NCBI RefSeq assembly: GCF_001194135.2
Contig: NC_068984.1
Span: 56,218,971 to 56,263,962 of the forward strand
Length of the DNA: 44,992 nt
Source of the DNA: Octopus bimaculoides
Taxonomy: Eukaryota
Direction: 5' to 3'
This document shows positions 37,201 to 44,992 of this stretch, piece after piece. How positions within the stretch are numbered: the stretch's first letter is position 1; each line of letters starts with the position of its first letter. The position numbers were made by a program, and so were the translations under genes. Below the pieces are notes generated by a model that had not been told where the DNA came from, searched no databases, and saw only the letters and a list, made by a program, of their open reading frames with translations.

Positions 37201-40200
37201 AACCATTGCATTTAAGTCGAACAATTCTTAGTATACTAAAGTAAAATTATGATACATCCATAAATAACACAGAAGTTATGAAATATATATAGAAACTGTT
37301 TCCATTCCAGCTTCTCTACAATTTTTCTACACCTACATTCCATCATTATCAGCACTGATTATGGCAACCCTGACAGGAAAAGGGGAGTTTCCAGTGGTTG
37401 GGATGGGGGTGGCAGTGGGGTTGTTTGATGTTTGTTTCTATCTCTGAAAGGAAGAGAATTTATGGGATCAGTTGAAGATGGTCAAAAAGTTCCTGCAGGT
37501 GGACAGATATTCCTACCTGAGTACCACACTACCATATGCAACACATATAGTAAGTGTTAGTCCTATATACATAGTCAAGGCAATGGTTAGAGCATCAGAC
37601 TTACAATCATGAGGTTCGATTCCCTGACCAGCTGTGTGTTGTGTTCTTGGGCAAGACACTTAATTTTATGTTACTCCAGTTCACTCAGCTATAGAAACAA
37701 GTTGCGATGCTACTAGTGCCAAGCTGTATCGGTCTTTGCCTTTCCCTTGAACAACATCAGTGTCATGGAGAGGGGAGATTGGTATGCATGGGTGACTGCT
37801 GGTCTTCTACAAACAACCCTGCCTGGACTTGTGCTTCAAAGGGGAAATTTCTAGGTGCAATCCTATAGTTATTCATGACTGAAGAGGGTCTTTACCCCTT
37901 ACCCTTTTACCCTATATACACAGGAAGGATGCATCAGTGTATTTGTGTCTGTCATGATTGTTGTATAGCATAATTGGCTGGATGATACTCCTATGAGTAA
38001 TCCCTTTACAGGATGGACTGGGTTGTATTTCATTGTGCCACCAGCACTAAGGGATGTTCTGTCAAGACTGAAGCGTTCCCACTATGTTGTCAGTTTTTAT
38101 TTAGAGTTACTGGCCTCCTAAACCAGTTGCATTAACTGTGGTTTGCAGAGTCTCTCTTTCCTATGCTGATTTTTTTTTTTCATAGCTGCTGCTCTCCTAA
38201 ATAGATTACTTTCACCTTTTCTTGGGACTTACTAAGTCAAAGACACCCCCCACCATACATAATGCATAGTTTTTATCTGAAGTTACTGCTCTACTGGTCA
38301 TTGTGTCCACATCTCTTCTATACAGAATTTTTATTCAGAGTTACTGCTTAACTAGTCAGCTTACCATTATAGCTCTTAACTCACCATAATGCTGCTAAAA
38401 GTACTCACAGTGTGAAGAAAAAAGCATGACAGCTTACAGCAGATTGGCAGGTTTGTTTGGTTGATAGGCTATCTCTCCTTAATCCTTTTGATAACCAATA
38501 TTCCCAAGACTGACCCTGCTTCTTTGATATGAACTTTCCATATAAAGTGATCTAAATTAAAATTTCCCATTACAATTTCATGTTAATTTGTTCCAATGAT
38601 CAGCTTTGTAATGACCAAGATATTTTAGTAAATTCTTTATTATTTTCAAAATTAATTGAAATAAAGAGGATGTAGCTCGATAGCAGTATGGAACTTACAA
38701 AAGGAATGATGAGTATTTTGGAAATGTATAATATAGTAGTCGAAAGAGGCACTTACAGTGTAGAACAGTGAATTGAGATAATTGGAGTAATGGCAAGATT
38801 TGCCATGTTAGGGGTTAGGAGTGAAGGGTGGAGGTCTCTACAACTATTTAGACTGTGTTTGCTAAATGAGGGTTAATAGAAAGCAGATATTGTTTAAAAA
38901 ATGTCAATAAATACAATGTGATTTCTAGAAATTTAGCAAAGTTTGTAATTTTCGTGTTAAATGATAATAATTGCTTCTAATTTAGGTGTAAGGCTAGCAA
39001 TTTTTCATAGGAGGAGGTTAATTGATACTATTCACCCTAGTATTTGACCTGTACTTTATTTTATCAGCCCCAGAAGAATTAAAAGTAAAGTTTCCTCTGT
39101 GGGATTTCAACTTAGAATATCTAAAACTGGAAGAAATACTGCAAAGTCCTGATGATTCTGCCAGTCCACTGCCCTTAATAATTGTTCCTAATTTAGACAC
39201 AAGGCCAAAAATTTTGAGAGGAGAGGGTTTATATGTAAAATTTACTCCCGTGCTTGATTGGTGCTTTATTTTATCAACCCCAGTGGAATGGAAGACAAAG
39301 ATGACCTTGATGGAATTTGAAATTAGAAAGTAAAAAAACTAAAAGAAAGACCACAAGAGATTTTGTTTGATATTCTAATGATTTTTCAAATCCATCCTCC
39401 AGAATTGTAATATTGACAATAATAACAATAATAATAGTTTCAAATTCTGGTACAAGGCCAGCAATTTTGAGGGGAGTGGGTAAGTCAATTACAATGCCTC
39501 CAGTACTTATTTTATCGATCCTGAAAGGCAAAGTCAACCGCAGCAGAATTTGATCATAAAATGTAAAGACTGATGAAATGCTGCTAAGCAATTTATCTAG
39601 CATGCTAACAATTCTGCCAGCTCACCACCTTAATAATAATAATAACAATAATTTTCTTATCTTAACTTCCCTCCAAATTTGCAAATCCATAATACATTTT
39701 TCTGTATCTATTGCTGAAGGCACTATAAAGTCAGTTGCAGTACGCATGCAAGAGAAGAGACTACACTGGTAGAAACATGAGATGCATATGGAGAATGACA
39801 TTTGGGTAAAAAAAAAATACCAAAGTAGTCCAAGTGAAAGGATCATCTAGAAAGGCAAGAGAAGAAAAAATGGTGAAAGCTGATCTTAGAGGGGTTGAGC
39901 CTCATGGAAGACATAGCAAAGGAGCATAACAGATAGATAAAGAGATGTTGTACTAGATAAGACCCATCTAATCCAAACAAAAATTGAAAAGAAGTAAAAT
40001 GATAATGATGATGAAGCTAGAAGTATATTAGTAGCACACACCAAATATATATGCTTTATTGTAATCTTGTTATAATATAATTAATATTAATCATTTCACA
40101 TTTCTTTTCCAGTATAAGTGTGAAAGATGACTCCAAAGTGAAATACCCACATAACTGCCTGACATGCTCTGAAGAATATGTGAACTGTCAGTATGCTCAT

Positions 40201-43200
40201 GCTACATTCAGCTCAAGTGGGAAATATTATATACTGGAATGCCTTGGACCAGATGTGCCCCATTATAGCTTATACTCCTCTGATGACAACAAACGTAAGT
40301 CAGTTTCTAAGAAACTGTCATGTTTTTCTTTTCTGTTTTTGTTTTTTATTACTTTGTCCAGAAGAAGAGTAGAGTAGTTGTTGACCTTTTTTTACTAATG
40401 TCTCTGAGATTAACTACAAGATTGGGATGAAGGTATACTCCAGCCTCAGAGTTTGCCCAAGTGCTTGCAACAGAATAGCCACTGTTAAAGGCTCCCGATG
40501 CCAGATAGTGGTGTTAAATAAAGCAAAGATTTAAGTCTGCTACCCAAGTAGGCAAAGGCTAGATTTGAACTCAGAATGCAAAGACCTGGAACAAATATTG
40601 CAAAGCATTCCAAACAATGCTCTTGTGATTCTACCAATCCACTGCCCTTCAGTGAATACATTACTTATCTACTCTAGAAGGATGAAAGCCAAAGTTGACT
40701 TCAGTGGGATTTCAAATCAGATTGCTTGGAGCCAGAATAGCTAGTACATGGTATTTCATGATTGTGCCACTTCATCAACTGGAAAATAAATAAAATCCAT
40801 ATTGATTTATATTTAACTTAGTGTGGCAGTGACATTTGTTGATCAGATATTGCCATCAGATGTTCAAATATGCCATCTCTGAGTCAAATGACTGATGTTT
40901 ATTACACTGAGCAAAATGATTAATGAACTAATTGTCTGATATCTATAGTAGTAACCGTCTTCACCACTGTCCACTTCAGTCATTGGCAACCTGCGGCCTG
41001 TGGGACTTTTTGAATGGCATACCTATGCCAAACGTAAAAGTACCTTGAATTTTCTAGGACAGCCAGGGATGTCTTAACAGTATCATAGGCCCCTGGGCAA
41101 ATCTCAGCACTGGGGCCTATAGTATTTATTGACAGCAAGTCACAGCATACATAGGTGAGAATTGAGCCCCTAAACCCATGAGTGCTTTGGGCAACTTTAA
41201 GCCAGCACTGAGTGCAACCCACCAGATGGTGAGTCATGTTTCGTGTGATCCACTTCTCAAAAAAAGGTTGCCCATGCCTGGTCTAATTGGTCAGACACTT
41301 TGTTATTGACTTGAATATCAAATGCTATAGAACTAGCCTCGGTGACAATTGCTCAAATATGTGCATTGAGTTCATTGTTTAGTGAAGCAGTTCCCAAATT
41401 TTTTTTTACATTTTGGAACTCCGGAAATTCAAAGAAAATTACACTTCACACAGAAAATTAAAAATTATTCATGCACTTTACATGGAATTTTCTTTTTAAT
41501 ATCTATATTTTAAAAATTAAAAAAGCTAGAACGAAATATATATAAAAAAACAATTACTTACCTGTAGAAAACAAAATTATGAAAAATATTTCTGGATTTT
41601 CAAGCATTAGTATGGATATTTTAAAGCTTTAAATTATATTATTAAACATCTACAGTGCACTTAGATTCCCCTTATGACACACTTGTGTGCTGCAGCAAAT
41701 CATTTGAGAACCACCGTTGGTCTAGAGATTGCTCCACAACCTTTTTTCACTTGTGGTACACTTATATTCTTTTCAAAATTTGGCAGCACAGAATCGGTCC
41801 CTAGAGCAGTGGAAGAATGTTATTTTCTCGGATGATTCATCCTTTACCTTATTTCCGACCACCAGCTGAGTATACGTGTGGAGACAGCCAAAAGAAACAT
41901 TTGACCCAGACTGCCTTCTTCCAACTGTTAAACAATGTGGAGGATCTCTGATGATCGGGGTGAAGGCTATATCTTGGAAATCTACTGGCCCAATTGTTTC
42001 CCTTCATGGCAGAATTAATAGTCAAGACTATTTAAGCATTTTATCTAATCAAATTCATCCTATGGCTGCAGAACTGTTTCCAGAGGGAAACACAATCTTT
42101 CAGGATGACAATGCACCAATTCACACAGCTAAAGTTGTTACTGAATGGCACAAGGAACATTCTAGTGAAGTTCAACATCTTATCTGGCCACCACAGTCCT
42201 CAGATCTCAGTATTATTGAACATTTATGGTGCATTTTAGAAAAACAAGGAGTTGATATCCTCCACCATCATCACTATAAGAACTAAGGACTGTTTTAGCT
42301 GAAGAATGGACAAAAATTCCTTTGGAAACAATTGAAACTTCGTACGAGTCCATACCTCATAGAGTTCAAGCTGTAATTACTGCCAAAGGCAGTCCTACCC
42401 CATATTAAAATAAATTTGCTTGAAATTTTAAGGTGTTTTCATTATTTTGTCCAATCCCTATCTATATATATATATANNNNNNNNNNNNNNNNNNNNNNNN
42501 NNNNNNNNNNNNNNNNNNNNNNNNNNNNNNNNNNNNNNNNNNNNNNNNNNNNNNNNNNNNNNNNNNNNNNNNNNNNNNNNNNNNNNNNNNNNNNNNNNNN
42601 NNNNNNNNNNNNNNNNNNNNNNNNNNNNNNNNNNNNNNNNNNNNNNNATATATATTTAATGTGTGCGTGTGTGTGTGTGTGTGTACGAGGGGTGTATGAA
42701 GCCTTGTATCTTCATCAGAAGTCTTGTACCATGTTTTGTTTTTTTGAGGTTCAAGACTTTTCATACACCCCTCGTATATTTGTTTGTATGTATTATTGCT
42801 AAGTTTTATGTTTCATAGATTTATCATCAGTTTAAGATTAGAGAGGTTCCAAGTTTATTTCTGAATCACAGATTGTAAATTAAGTTGAATATAATTAACA
42901 ACATTGCTATAGCTCTTAACAAATTTAATGTTGATAGCTTTAAAAACCTAATCAGAAATAAGTTTAAATATTAGAAAACCTGGGTATAAAAAATATAAGA
43001 ATGCAAGCACATTCTTTCTTTGGTTTTGTTGTGTGGGAAAAAAAAGAGCTGGGAAGTCTCCTCGGAGCATTTCATGGTTTATATATAGACGTACCTAGTT
43101 TCTTACTTCAATCAATAGCTCAGAATATTCTGCTGTCATATAAAGCTGCTGTAAATTAGGCTGTTACTGTAGCAGATAGCTTAATTTGCCCATTTGTGCT

Positions 43201-44055
43201 TTAGATAGTTGCTCACTAATTAAACAATATATATTTCATGCACAACAGAGTGCGTATCAGAAGGACTGAAGTCAGTTTAGATAGAAAGCCCTAAGCTATC
43301 AGAGAAATATAAGAATGTAAATGCATTCCTTTTATGCTGTCGATGTGTTGTAAAAAGAGTAGGAAACCTCCTGAAGGACCATTTTACAGTTTGACTGCTC
43401 CTCAGAGAAGACATACTCAAATTGGTTTTCTTTGCTATATAGAGAAAAAAACTATAATCATCAATGACTAAAATTATTTTAATGGACTTCATCGAGACAT
43501 CAACAAGTACAGCGAAATCTATGCTTTGCTGATGAGATCCAAATTAGATTGAAACATGTCCAAAGTTGTCAATAGTAGTCATTAAATAATATTGTATTTT
43601 TTCTTCAGAACATAAGTATTTCCTGCTAGCTTTTTAAGGTATTAGATTAAATTAATTACCACTAATTTGTTTTTCATGTGGATGATTTATTTGTATAGTT
43701 AGCAGTTGTGTTGCAGCAACTAAATCTGTAAACATCTTTTATATTATTTTAAGTTCATTTCAAAAGTTGTTACTGAATATTTAAGCAATGAATTGTTACA
43801 AGAATTCAACCTAACTTCGATCCTGAATACCAGTAATAACTTGTTAATGATAATTATTGCTATGTAAAATCTATTGTTAAAGTAATTTTACTGCTGTTTT
43901 AGTGTTATATTAATTTTTTTTGTTTTTCTTCTTCATTTGTTCAGTCATAGAAGTTTTACAGGACAACACTTATCTGAGGGAACGCTTACAAATGAAAGCC
44001 CTACCAAAGAAACGATACATGAAACTGAAAATAAATGGAAAGCATGGAGAATACG
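2582..44055 (+). CDS. Dipeptidyl-peptidase IV family (S9B; DPP4/DPP6/DPP10-like) gene, partial, 10 internal exons: join(2582..2708,16772..16932,24831..24931,27948..28071,29454..29492,34467..34571,34686..34774,35139..35186,40113..40294,43945..44055)
   Basis: All 10 exons have AG/GT boundaries, compatible phases and no stops (1087 nt). The spliced protein has DPPIV_N propeller hallmarks: IFNGVPDWLYEEEIL, AIWFS, YPKPGTPNP, HGWV, GEWEV, KRHLY, NCLTC, FSSSGKYYILECLGPDVP. The catalytic domain is not in the window, so active DPP4 versus inactive DPP6/10 cannot be decided. Confidence 0.93.
3547..4808 (-). mobile_element. Full-length decayed mariner (DD34D) transposon, 1262 bp
   Basis: 27-bp TIRs tcaggtcatcccataagttttgtctga / tcagacagaacttatgggatgacctga (1 mismatch); TA on both sides (3545-46, 4809-10). 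Transposase remnant runs from ATG ~4624 (MEVSKEHLRHIMLY) to 3622, with HQDNA...HPPYSPDLAPSDYHLF giving D34D; broken by frameshifts and stops. Confidence 0.93.
5285..5729. repeat. Perfect 213-bp inverted repeat with 19-nt spacer, within (TA)n; Penelope pseudo-LTR-like
   Basis: Arm 5285-5497 is the exact reverse complement of 5517-5729 by manual comparison, including A/T run lengths; (TA)n at ~5270-5286 and ~5801-5829. Confidence 0.92.
5606..5694 (+). ncRNA. Minimal type I hammerhead ribozyme-like fold (mirror copy on the minus strand in the left arm)
   Basis: Stem I TGCAG/CTGCA; core CTGAAGA (5611-17); long stem II (TGCT..AGCA, CTTCA/TGAAG, GTAATG/CATTAC); GAAA (5678-81); C-GTGT-G; TA cleavage dinucleotide. 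Activity untested. Confidence 0.6.
6990..7680 (-). mobile_element. Degenerate Penelope-like element RT/thumb remnant
   Basis: Minus-strand translation across stops and frameshifts gives HMFKFNSKIYAQEEG, YIQHFIHRMQFSGH, CLLYRSKSW...ANSWY and VMFVDVTLGGKL...IKVVER, recognisable as PLE motifs. Confidence 0.62.
7930..8185 (+). mobile_element. RTE-clade LINE 3' end remnant
   Basis: Plus-strand translation WKRPHIKSHTR*LDVIGEDFQRLDVTLEDAEGLAPDHQQW resembles the RTE C-terminal RPRGRP..W...DR..W motif. Confidence 0.55.
8291..9205 (-). CDS. Intronless divergent rhodopsin-like (class A) 7TM receptor, 304 aa, nested antisense in the DPP intron
   Basis: Uninterrupted ATG-to-stop ORF with seven hydrophobic segments, an N-terminal sequon (NST), TM1 Asn (VLNAL), Cys at the top of TM3 (SSCLL) plus ECL2 Cys (GLCK), D-x7-P after TM3 (DIIVKYFKP), TM4 Trp, TM7 Pro (VVPFLW) and a basic helix 8 followed by CC (LKRSIRKLCC). 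Confidence 0.85.
   Translation of the reverse strand: MENLEQNEQEYNSTTNAGPAFNWISITACIAVIVAFVLNALLTIAIFLDRRVYEKTRSFVLLTYVFNYILFALFFYFRNVHIYIYTDLPLSSCLLIFILSSVAEEGAVYLILPICCDIIVKYFKPSKYESQSFLRVQIILTVVLWVFIWIKVLLMSLAGSYYESGLCKIFLDTISYHIYLAIVTLYIITMLVFACLLINIAVKSRENDTMKSSVITMIVIVIFIIVVYSIENLTYFVMYKEIIEQKIYIPFLIFISRFLVVPFLWLSDTSLKRSIRKLCCGKRRDFTVPPSHELTDLMQSHKVM
9286..9356. promoter_or_regulatory. ~24-nt tandem motif (two good copies, one degenerate) upstream of the 7TM ATG
   Basis: ttaaatgtttccggtgttcttata (9309-9332) and ttaaatgtccccggtgttcatata (9333-9356) match at 21/24; degenerate copy at 9286-9308. A regulatory role is inference only. Confidence 0.35.
10083..10468 (+). mobile_element. tRNA-derived SINE (family C)
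   Basis: A/B-box-like head (gtagctgtgtggtaag...ggttcagtccc), internal (TA)n, AAAGAGT tail; reverse-complement copy at 26350-26730. Confidence 0.75.
10481..10779 (+). promoter_or_regulatory. CpG-retaining promoter/5'-leader-like region of the CCHC ORF
   Basis: tgagatctcg (10516-10525) and cgagatctca (10557-10566) are reverse complements; TATA-like tatttaaa at 10621-10628; pyrimidine-rich leader up to the ATG at 10780. Confidence 0.35.
10780..11834 (+). pseudogene. Gag/ORF1-like nucleic-acid-binding protein with CCHC zinc knuckle (retroelement-derived), two frameshifts in the 5' part
   Basis: ORF 11052..11834 has C-x2-C-x4-H-x4-C (CFKCGQKDHIRVHC), an RRM-like segment (RIRVEGIPPEI) and a basic W-x4-RKRKRKK tail. 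ATG at 10780 opens MSTVRNMFYSD...; the frame shifts near 10940 and near 11050 to join it. No pol/ORF2 follows. Confidence 0.72.
11850..12040. repeat. (CTAT)n/(CT)n microsatellite tract directly after the CCHC ORF stop
   Basis: Directly visible. Confidence 0.9.
12549..12681. repeat. 36-bp minisatellite, ~3.7 copies
   Basis: Unit atgattcatataatagtgatgatgatagtggtggtg; three identical copies plus a partial one. Confidence 0.92.
12690..13365 (-). mobile_element. L1/Tx1-like ORF2 C-terminus and 3' UTR remnant
   Basis: Minus-strand translation CLRCVQINETMLQIFV*CLRITDLWNYV...VVWWMRLKG...FFKFRLERKMR...FVKRWV is a decayed C-terminal Cys/His domain typical of L1/Tx1 ORF2. Confidence 0.6.
13375..13700 (+). 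mobile_element. SINE family B, older copy
   Basis: tRNA-like head and body similar to 548-1044. Confidence 0.7.
14419..14535. other. Assembly gap
   Basis: N run after (CT)n. Confidence 1.
15201..15363 (+). mobile_element. RTE 3' UTR/tail fragment
   Basis: Matches 1-224; (GAT)n tail. Confidence 0.7.
15365..15690 (+). mobile_element. SINE family B, older copy
   Basis: Similar to 13375-13700. Confidence 0.7.
15733..16285 (-). mobile_element. 5'-truncated RTE LINE: ORF C-terminus, 3' UTR and (GAT)n tail
   Basis: ORF 16006..16284 has RRLCWLGHVMWM...GRQKPRKTWDEV (RTE RLRWxGHV / GRPRKTW motif) and continues into the recurring 3' sequence. Confidence 0.8.
16772..16932 (+). CDS. DPP-family exon B (EEILYSNKAIWFS...RIPYPK)
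   Basis: Acceptor ttaccag|, donor |gtaagt; 161 nt; completes the Glu codon begun in exon A. Confidence 0.93.
17129..17359 (+). mobile_element. SINE family D (Deu/Nin-domain-like core), young copy
   Basis: 18-bp TSD acacaatactatcttaaa (17111-17128, 17360-17377); core gcctttcatcctttcgaggtcgat...accag. Older copies at ~22270-22500(+), 23590-23795(+), 29985-30180(-), 30200-30310(-), 35430-35560(+), 36435-36650(-), 39185-39335(-), 39435-39630(-), 40545-40720(-). Confidence 0.78.
17790..18010 (+). mobile_element. SINE family C, 3' half
   Basis: Matches 10260-10468. Confidence 0.68.
18536..18928 (-). mobile_element. SINE family B, young copy
   Basis: 10-bp TSD aaagaatgac (18526-35, 18929-38); near reverse complement of 20285-20665. 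Confidence 0.85.
19218..19570 (-). mobile_element. SINE family C, diverged copy
   Basis: Similar to 26350-26730. Confidence 0.65.
20285..20665 (+). mobile_element. SINE family B, young copy
   Basis: 11-bp TSD aatttatctaa (20274-84, 20666-76); tRNA-like head ggcccagtggttagg...gtttcgattccc. Confidence 0.85.
21270..21360. repeat. (CT)n microsatellite
   Basis: Directly visible. Confidence 0.95.
21893..21943. repeat. 13-bp tandem repeat (aagattataaatc), ~4 copies
   Basis: Directly visible. Confidence 0.85.
22028..22064 (+). ncRNA. Minimal type I hammerhead-like fold with variant core, in a probable Penelope-derived repeat (~21960-22160)
   Basis: Stem I TCTTT/AAAGA; core CTGTTGA (canonical CTGANGA); extra A; stem II GAGC-gta-GCTC; GAAA; CG; TT; palindromic AACGTT in place of stem III. 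Confidence 0.55.
22505..23500. other. Assembly gap
   Basis: N run between (ATT)n tracts. Confidence 1.
24121..24487 (+). mobile_element. SINE family B, young copy
   Basis: 14-bp TSD atattagtaactgt (24107-20, 24488-501). Confidence 0.85.
24831..24931 (+). CDS. DPP-family exon C (PGTPNPIVTLKVVNL...KYL)
   Basis: Acceptor ttttag|, donor |gtaagc; 101 nt; gives YPK|PGTPNP continuity. Confidence 0.92.
25061..25203. other. Assembly gap
   Basis: N run between (TA)n and (TG)n tracts. Confidence 1.
25548..27600 (-). mobile_element. RTE-clade LINE: 5' UTR and apurinic endonuclease joined to an RTE-type 3' UTR/(GAT)n tail; RT absent; interrupted by a SINE
   Basis: ORF 26703..27074 has VVLGDLN...GKYG...NESG..LLEMC...FTW...MDY and ORF 26144..26395 has SDHFLI (APE motifs); 25548-25900 matches the RTE tail family in the same orientation. 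Confidence 0.75.
26350..26730 (-). mobile_element. SINE family C inserted in the RTE endonuclease
   Basis: Near reverse complement of 10083-10468; splits the APE reading frame between MDY and SDH. Confidence 0.8.
27948..28071 (+). CDS. DPP-family exon D (DYYLTHVEW...WATRAQN...CHF)
   Basis: Acceptor ttcatag|, donor |gtaagt; 124 nt. Confidence 0.92.
29454..29492 (+). CDS. DPP-family mini-exon E (STEVKKLHGWVET)
   Basis: Acceptor ttacag|, donor |gtaaat; 39 nt, phase 0-0; carries the GWV motif expected at this point in the family. Confidence 0.85.
30345..30890. mobile_element. Unclassified interspersed repeat-like segment between (ATT)n tracts
   Basis: Compositionally distinct ~550-bp block flanked by (ATT)n on both sides; no coding motif or TIR found; single copy in this window. 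Confidence 0.35.
30895..31797 (-). mobile_element. 5'-truncated restriction-like-endonuclease non-LTR retrotransposon (R4/Dong-like) with (TAA)n tail
   Basis: In-frame minus translation GQYLRE..WL...TEALICSTQELALRTNY...CRLC...TISHIVSEC...RHN...H*RLC...ILWDF...RPDIVVVDK...IIDIAIP...KIEKY gives CCHC plus PD-(D/E)xK RLE; one nonsense codon (31504) and a late frameshift; ends in (TAA)n near 30900. Confidence 0.82.
31885..32317. repeat. Imperfect ~163-bp inverted repeat (~90% identity, manual estimate) with ~106-nt spacer; foldback/MITE-like
   Basis: 31885-32048 versus reverse complement of 32155-32317. Confidence 0.85.
32780..33030 (+). mobile_element. RTE 3' UTR/tail fragment
   Basis: Similar to 1-224; (GAT)n tail. 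Confidence 0.65.
33912..34345. repeat. Imperfect inverted repeat (~115-bp arms plus (ATT)n/(AAT)n) with a hammerhead-like motif in each arm; Penelope pseudo-LTR-like
   Basis: 33912-34025 versus 34237-34345. Plus arm: GACAC-CAGATGA-A-GGCTG..CAGTT-GAAA-CG-TGTT. Minus arm: GACAC-CTGATGA..GGCTG..CAGCT-GAAA-TGTGTT. A tRNA-like SINE head lies between the arms. Confidence 0.75.
34467..34571 (+). CDS. DPP-family exon F (PRPFFVSEQ...GHYKHI...IKP)
   Basis: Acceptor ttgtag|, donor |gtaagt; 105 nt. Confidence 0.9.
34686..34774 (+). CDS. DPP-family exon G (IKQRG...LTQGEWEVTEIVGYD)
   Basis: Acceptor tttcag|, donor |gtaagt; 89 nt; T-x-G-x-W-E-V motif. Confidence 0.92.
35139..35186 (+). CDS. DPP-family exon H (YFIGTGGDSRKRHLY)
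   Basis: Acceptor ttccag|, donor |gtttgt; 48 nt. Confidence 0.9.
36883..37101. mobile_element. piggyBac-type MITE, same family as 499-1203
   Basis: Right end aatgctaaaggg|TTAA (37102-05); internal similarity to 1050-1203; left end decayed. Confidence 0.62.
37575..37900 (+). mobile_element. tRNA-derived SINE, B-like head with a different 3' body
   Basis: Head aatggttagagcatcagac...ggttcgattcc; gttactccagttcactcagct shared with family B. Confidence 0.55.
40113..40294 (+). CDS. DPP-family exon I (ISVK...NCLTC...FSSSGKYYILECLGPDVP...NK)
   Basis: Acceptor ttccag|, donor |gtaagt; 182 nt; overlaps ORF-track 40120..40377. Confidence 0.93.
40977..41280. mobile_element. hAT-type MITE
   Basis: Termini cagtcattggcaacct / aggttgcccatgcctg; degenerate 8-bp TSD gtccactt / gtctaatt (6/8). 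Confidence 0.6.
41755..42462 (+). mobile_element. Tc1-like transposon, catalytic half plus right TIR, D-36-E spacing
   Basis: WKNVIFSDDSSF..., TVKQCGGSLM, FQDDNAPIH-...-WPPQSSDLSIIEHLW; ends in TIR-like aggtgttttcattattttgtccaatccct before (TA)n; frameshifted, 5' half missing. Confidence 0.85.
42477..42647. other. Assembly gap
   Basis: N run within (TA)n. Confidence 1.
43945..44055 (+). CDS. DPP-family exon J (IEVLQDNTYLRERLQMKALPK...GEY)
   Basis: Acceptor gttcag|, donor |gtgagt; 111 nt; L-x-DN-x2-L-x3-L motif of the late propeller. Confidence 0.88.
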
Positions 44056-44634
44056 GTGAGTAAAGAGAATGCTGAACAAATAAAAGTGAAACAAATGCAA
44101 ACATAGCATGAACAGTATAAGTTTAAATAGGATTTATGTTAGATTCTCCCAAATCAACTTAATCATTCTGCTTGCAAAACGAATGAACTTCTGCTGTAGT
44201 TGAAAAATCAAAACACCCCTTTAATATTGTTGTGTCCAAATACCTGATCATCAACATGTAACTATGGGATGGAAGTAAGAAGAAGCACTAAACGTGTGTG
44301 TGTGTGTAAAAGAGAGGGAGAGTGAGAGAGAGAATGGATTTATTCAGATTCTTGCAGCAAAGCAAAGCAAACATTCAGTAAACTGTATCAGCGTAATTAT
44401 AACTGTGGATCAACACAATTACCTGATCAGAATCTTCCATATATTTGAACGCAAGTAACTGATGATATATAAGTGTGGTTGATCAAACAAGAGAAATAGA
44501 ACTCAATACTTAAGTATATATACTTTTCATTCTATAAGCAGCATTCTATAAGTGACTCAGCAGCTGAAAGTATCATGCATTGATAAGTGCTGTGTACAAA
44601 ACTTTCAGCCCTTACAATGTGAAAAAGCATGTGT

Positions 44635-44675
<41 letters not shown>

Positions 44676-44954
44676 GAGTAATACAGTCCAAAAAGATCTT
44701 GATATAGGAAGTTAGTAAGCATCAAGGTTGTGCATGGCTTGTATAGATATCGAAAAGCAAATTATATACAATAGAACAAAGTTTATTAGCAGACGTATTT
44801 TATACATTTCACCTCATATTGAAACAGATTAAAACTTCAGTAAGATAGCAGTCACTATACAACTCATGGTTTAGTAACATACATTGTTAATTATGCTAAT
44901 ACAAATCAAAGAGCTGATTTATCTTTTCTATTCCTTACATTCTTCAATATATAT

Positions 44955-44992
44955 ATCATCATCATCATCATCGTTTAACGTCCGCTTTCCAT
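44955..44992 (-). mobile_element. RTE tail fragment cut by the window edge
   Basis: (CAT)n-cgtttaacgtccgctttccat is the reverse complement of 190-224. Confidence 0.7.

Noticed and set aside
38811-38821. Telomere-like TTAGGG sequence (also ~21103)
   Set aside because: Only one or two imperfect units; expected by chance.
39022-39603. 103-aa and 109-aa ORFs
   Set aside because: They run through family D SINE copies; no protein motifs.
41385-41716. Second hAT-like MITE (cagttcccaaa...tttgagaaccac)
   Set aside because: Left terminus too degenerate and no TSD found; not supportable as a feature.

Overview
AT-rich animal genomic DNA, most likely an octopus (inferred from the SINE/LINE repertoire), with four N-gaps. 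The backbone is a + strand dipeptidyl-peptidase IV family gene (S9B; DPP4/DPP6/DPP10-like). Ten internal exons (2582-44055) splice in frame by GT-AG into 362 codons of the beta-propeller, including the DWLYEEE motif. The N-terminus and catalytic domain lie outside the window. The 14-kb intron 2709-16771 holds an intact, intronless, antisense 304-aa 7TM receptor with non-canonical class A motifs. It also holds a frameshifted gag/ORF1-like CCHC gene with a promoter-like leader, a full-length decayed mariner, Penelope and L1/Tx1 remnants, and a perfect 213-bp inverted repeat carrying a Penelope-type hammerhead fold. Other introns contain two more hammerhead-like motifs, a probable solo LTR with paired NRF1-like sites, a three-level MITE>SINE>MITE nest, an R4/Dong-like fragment with a fold-back 5' junction, a Tc1-like fragment with D-36-E spacing, RTE fragments and many SINEs and microsatellites. 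Repeat boundaries without a stated TSD or TIR are approximate.
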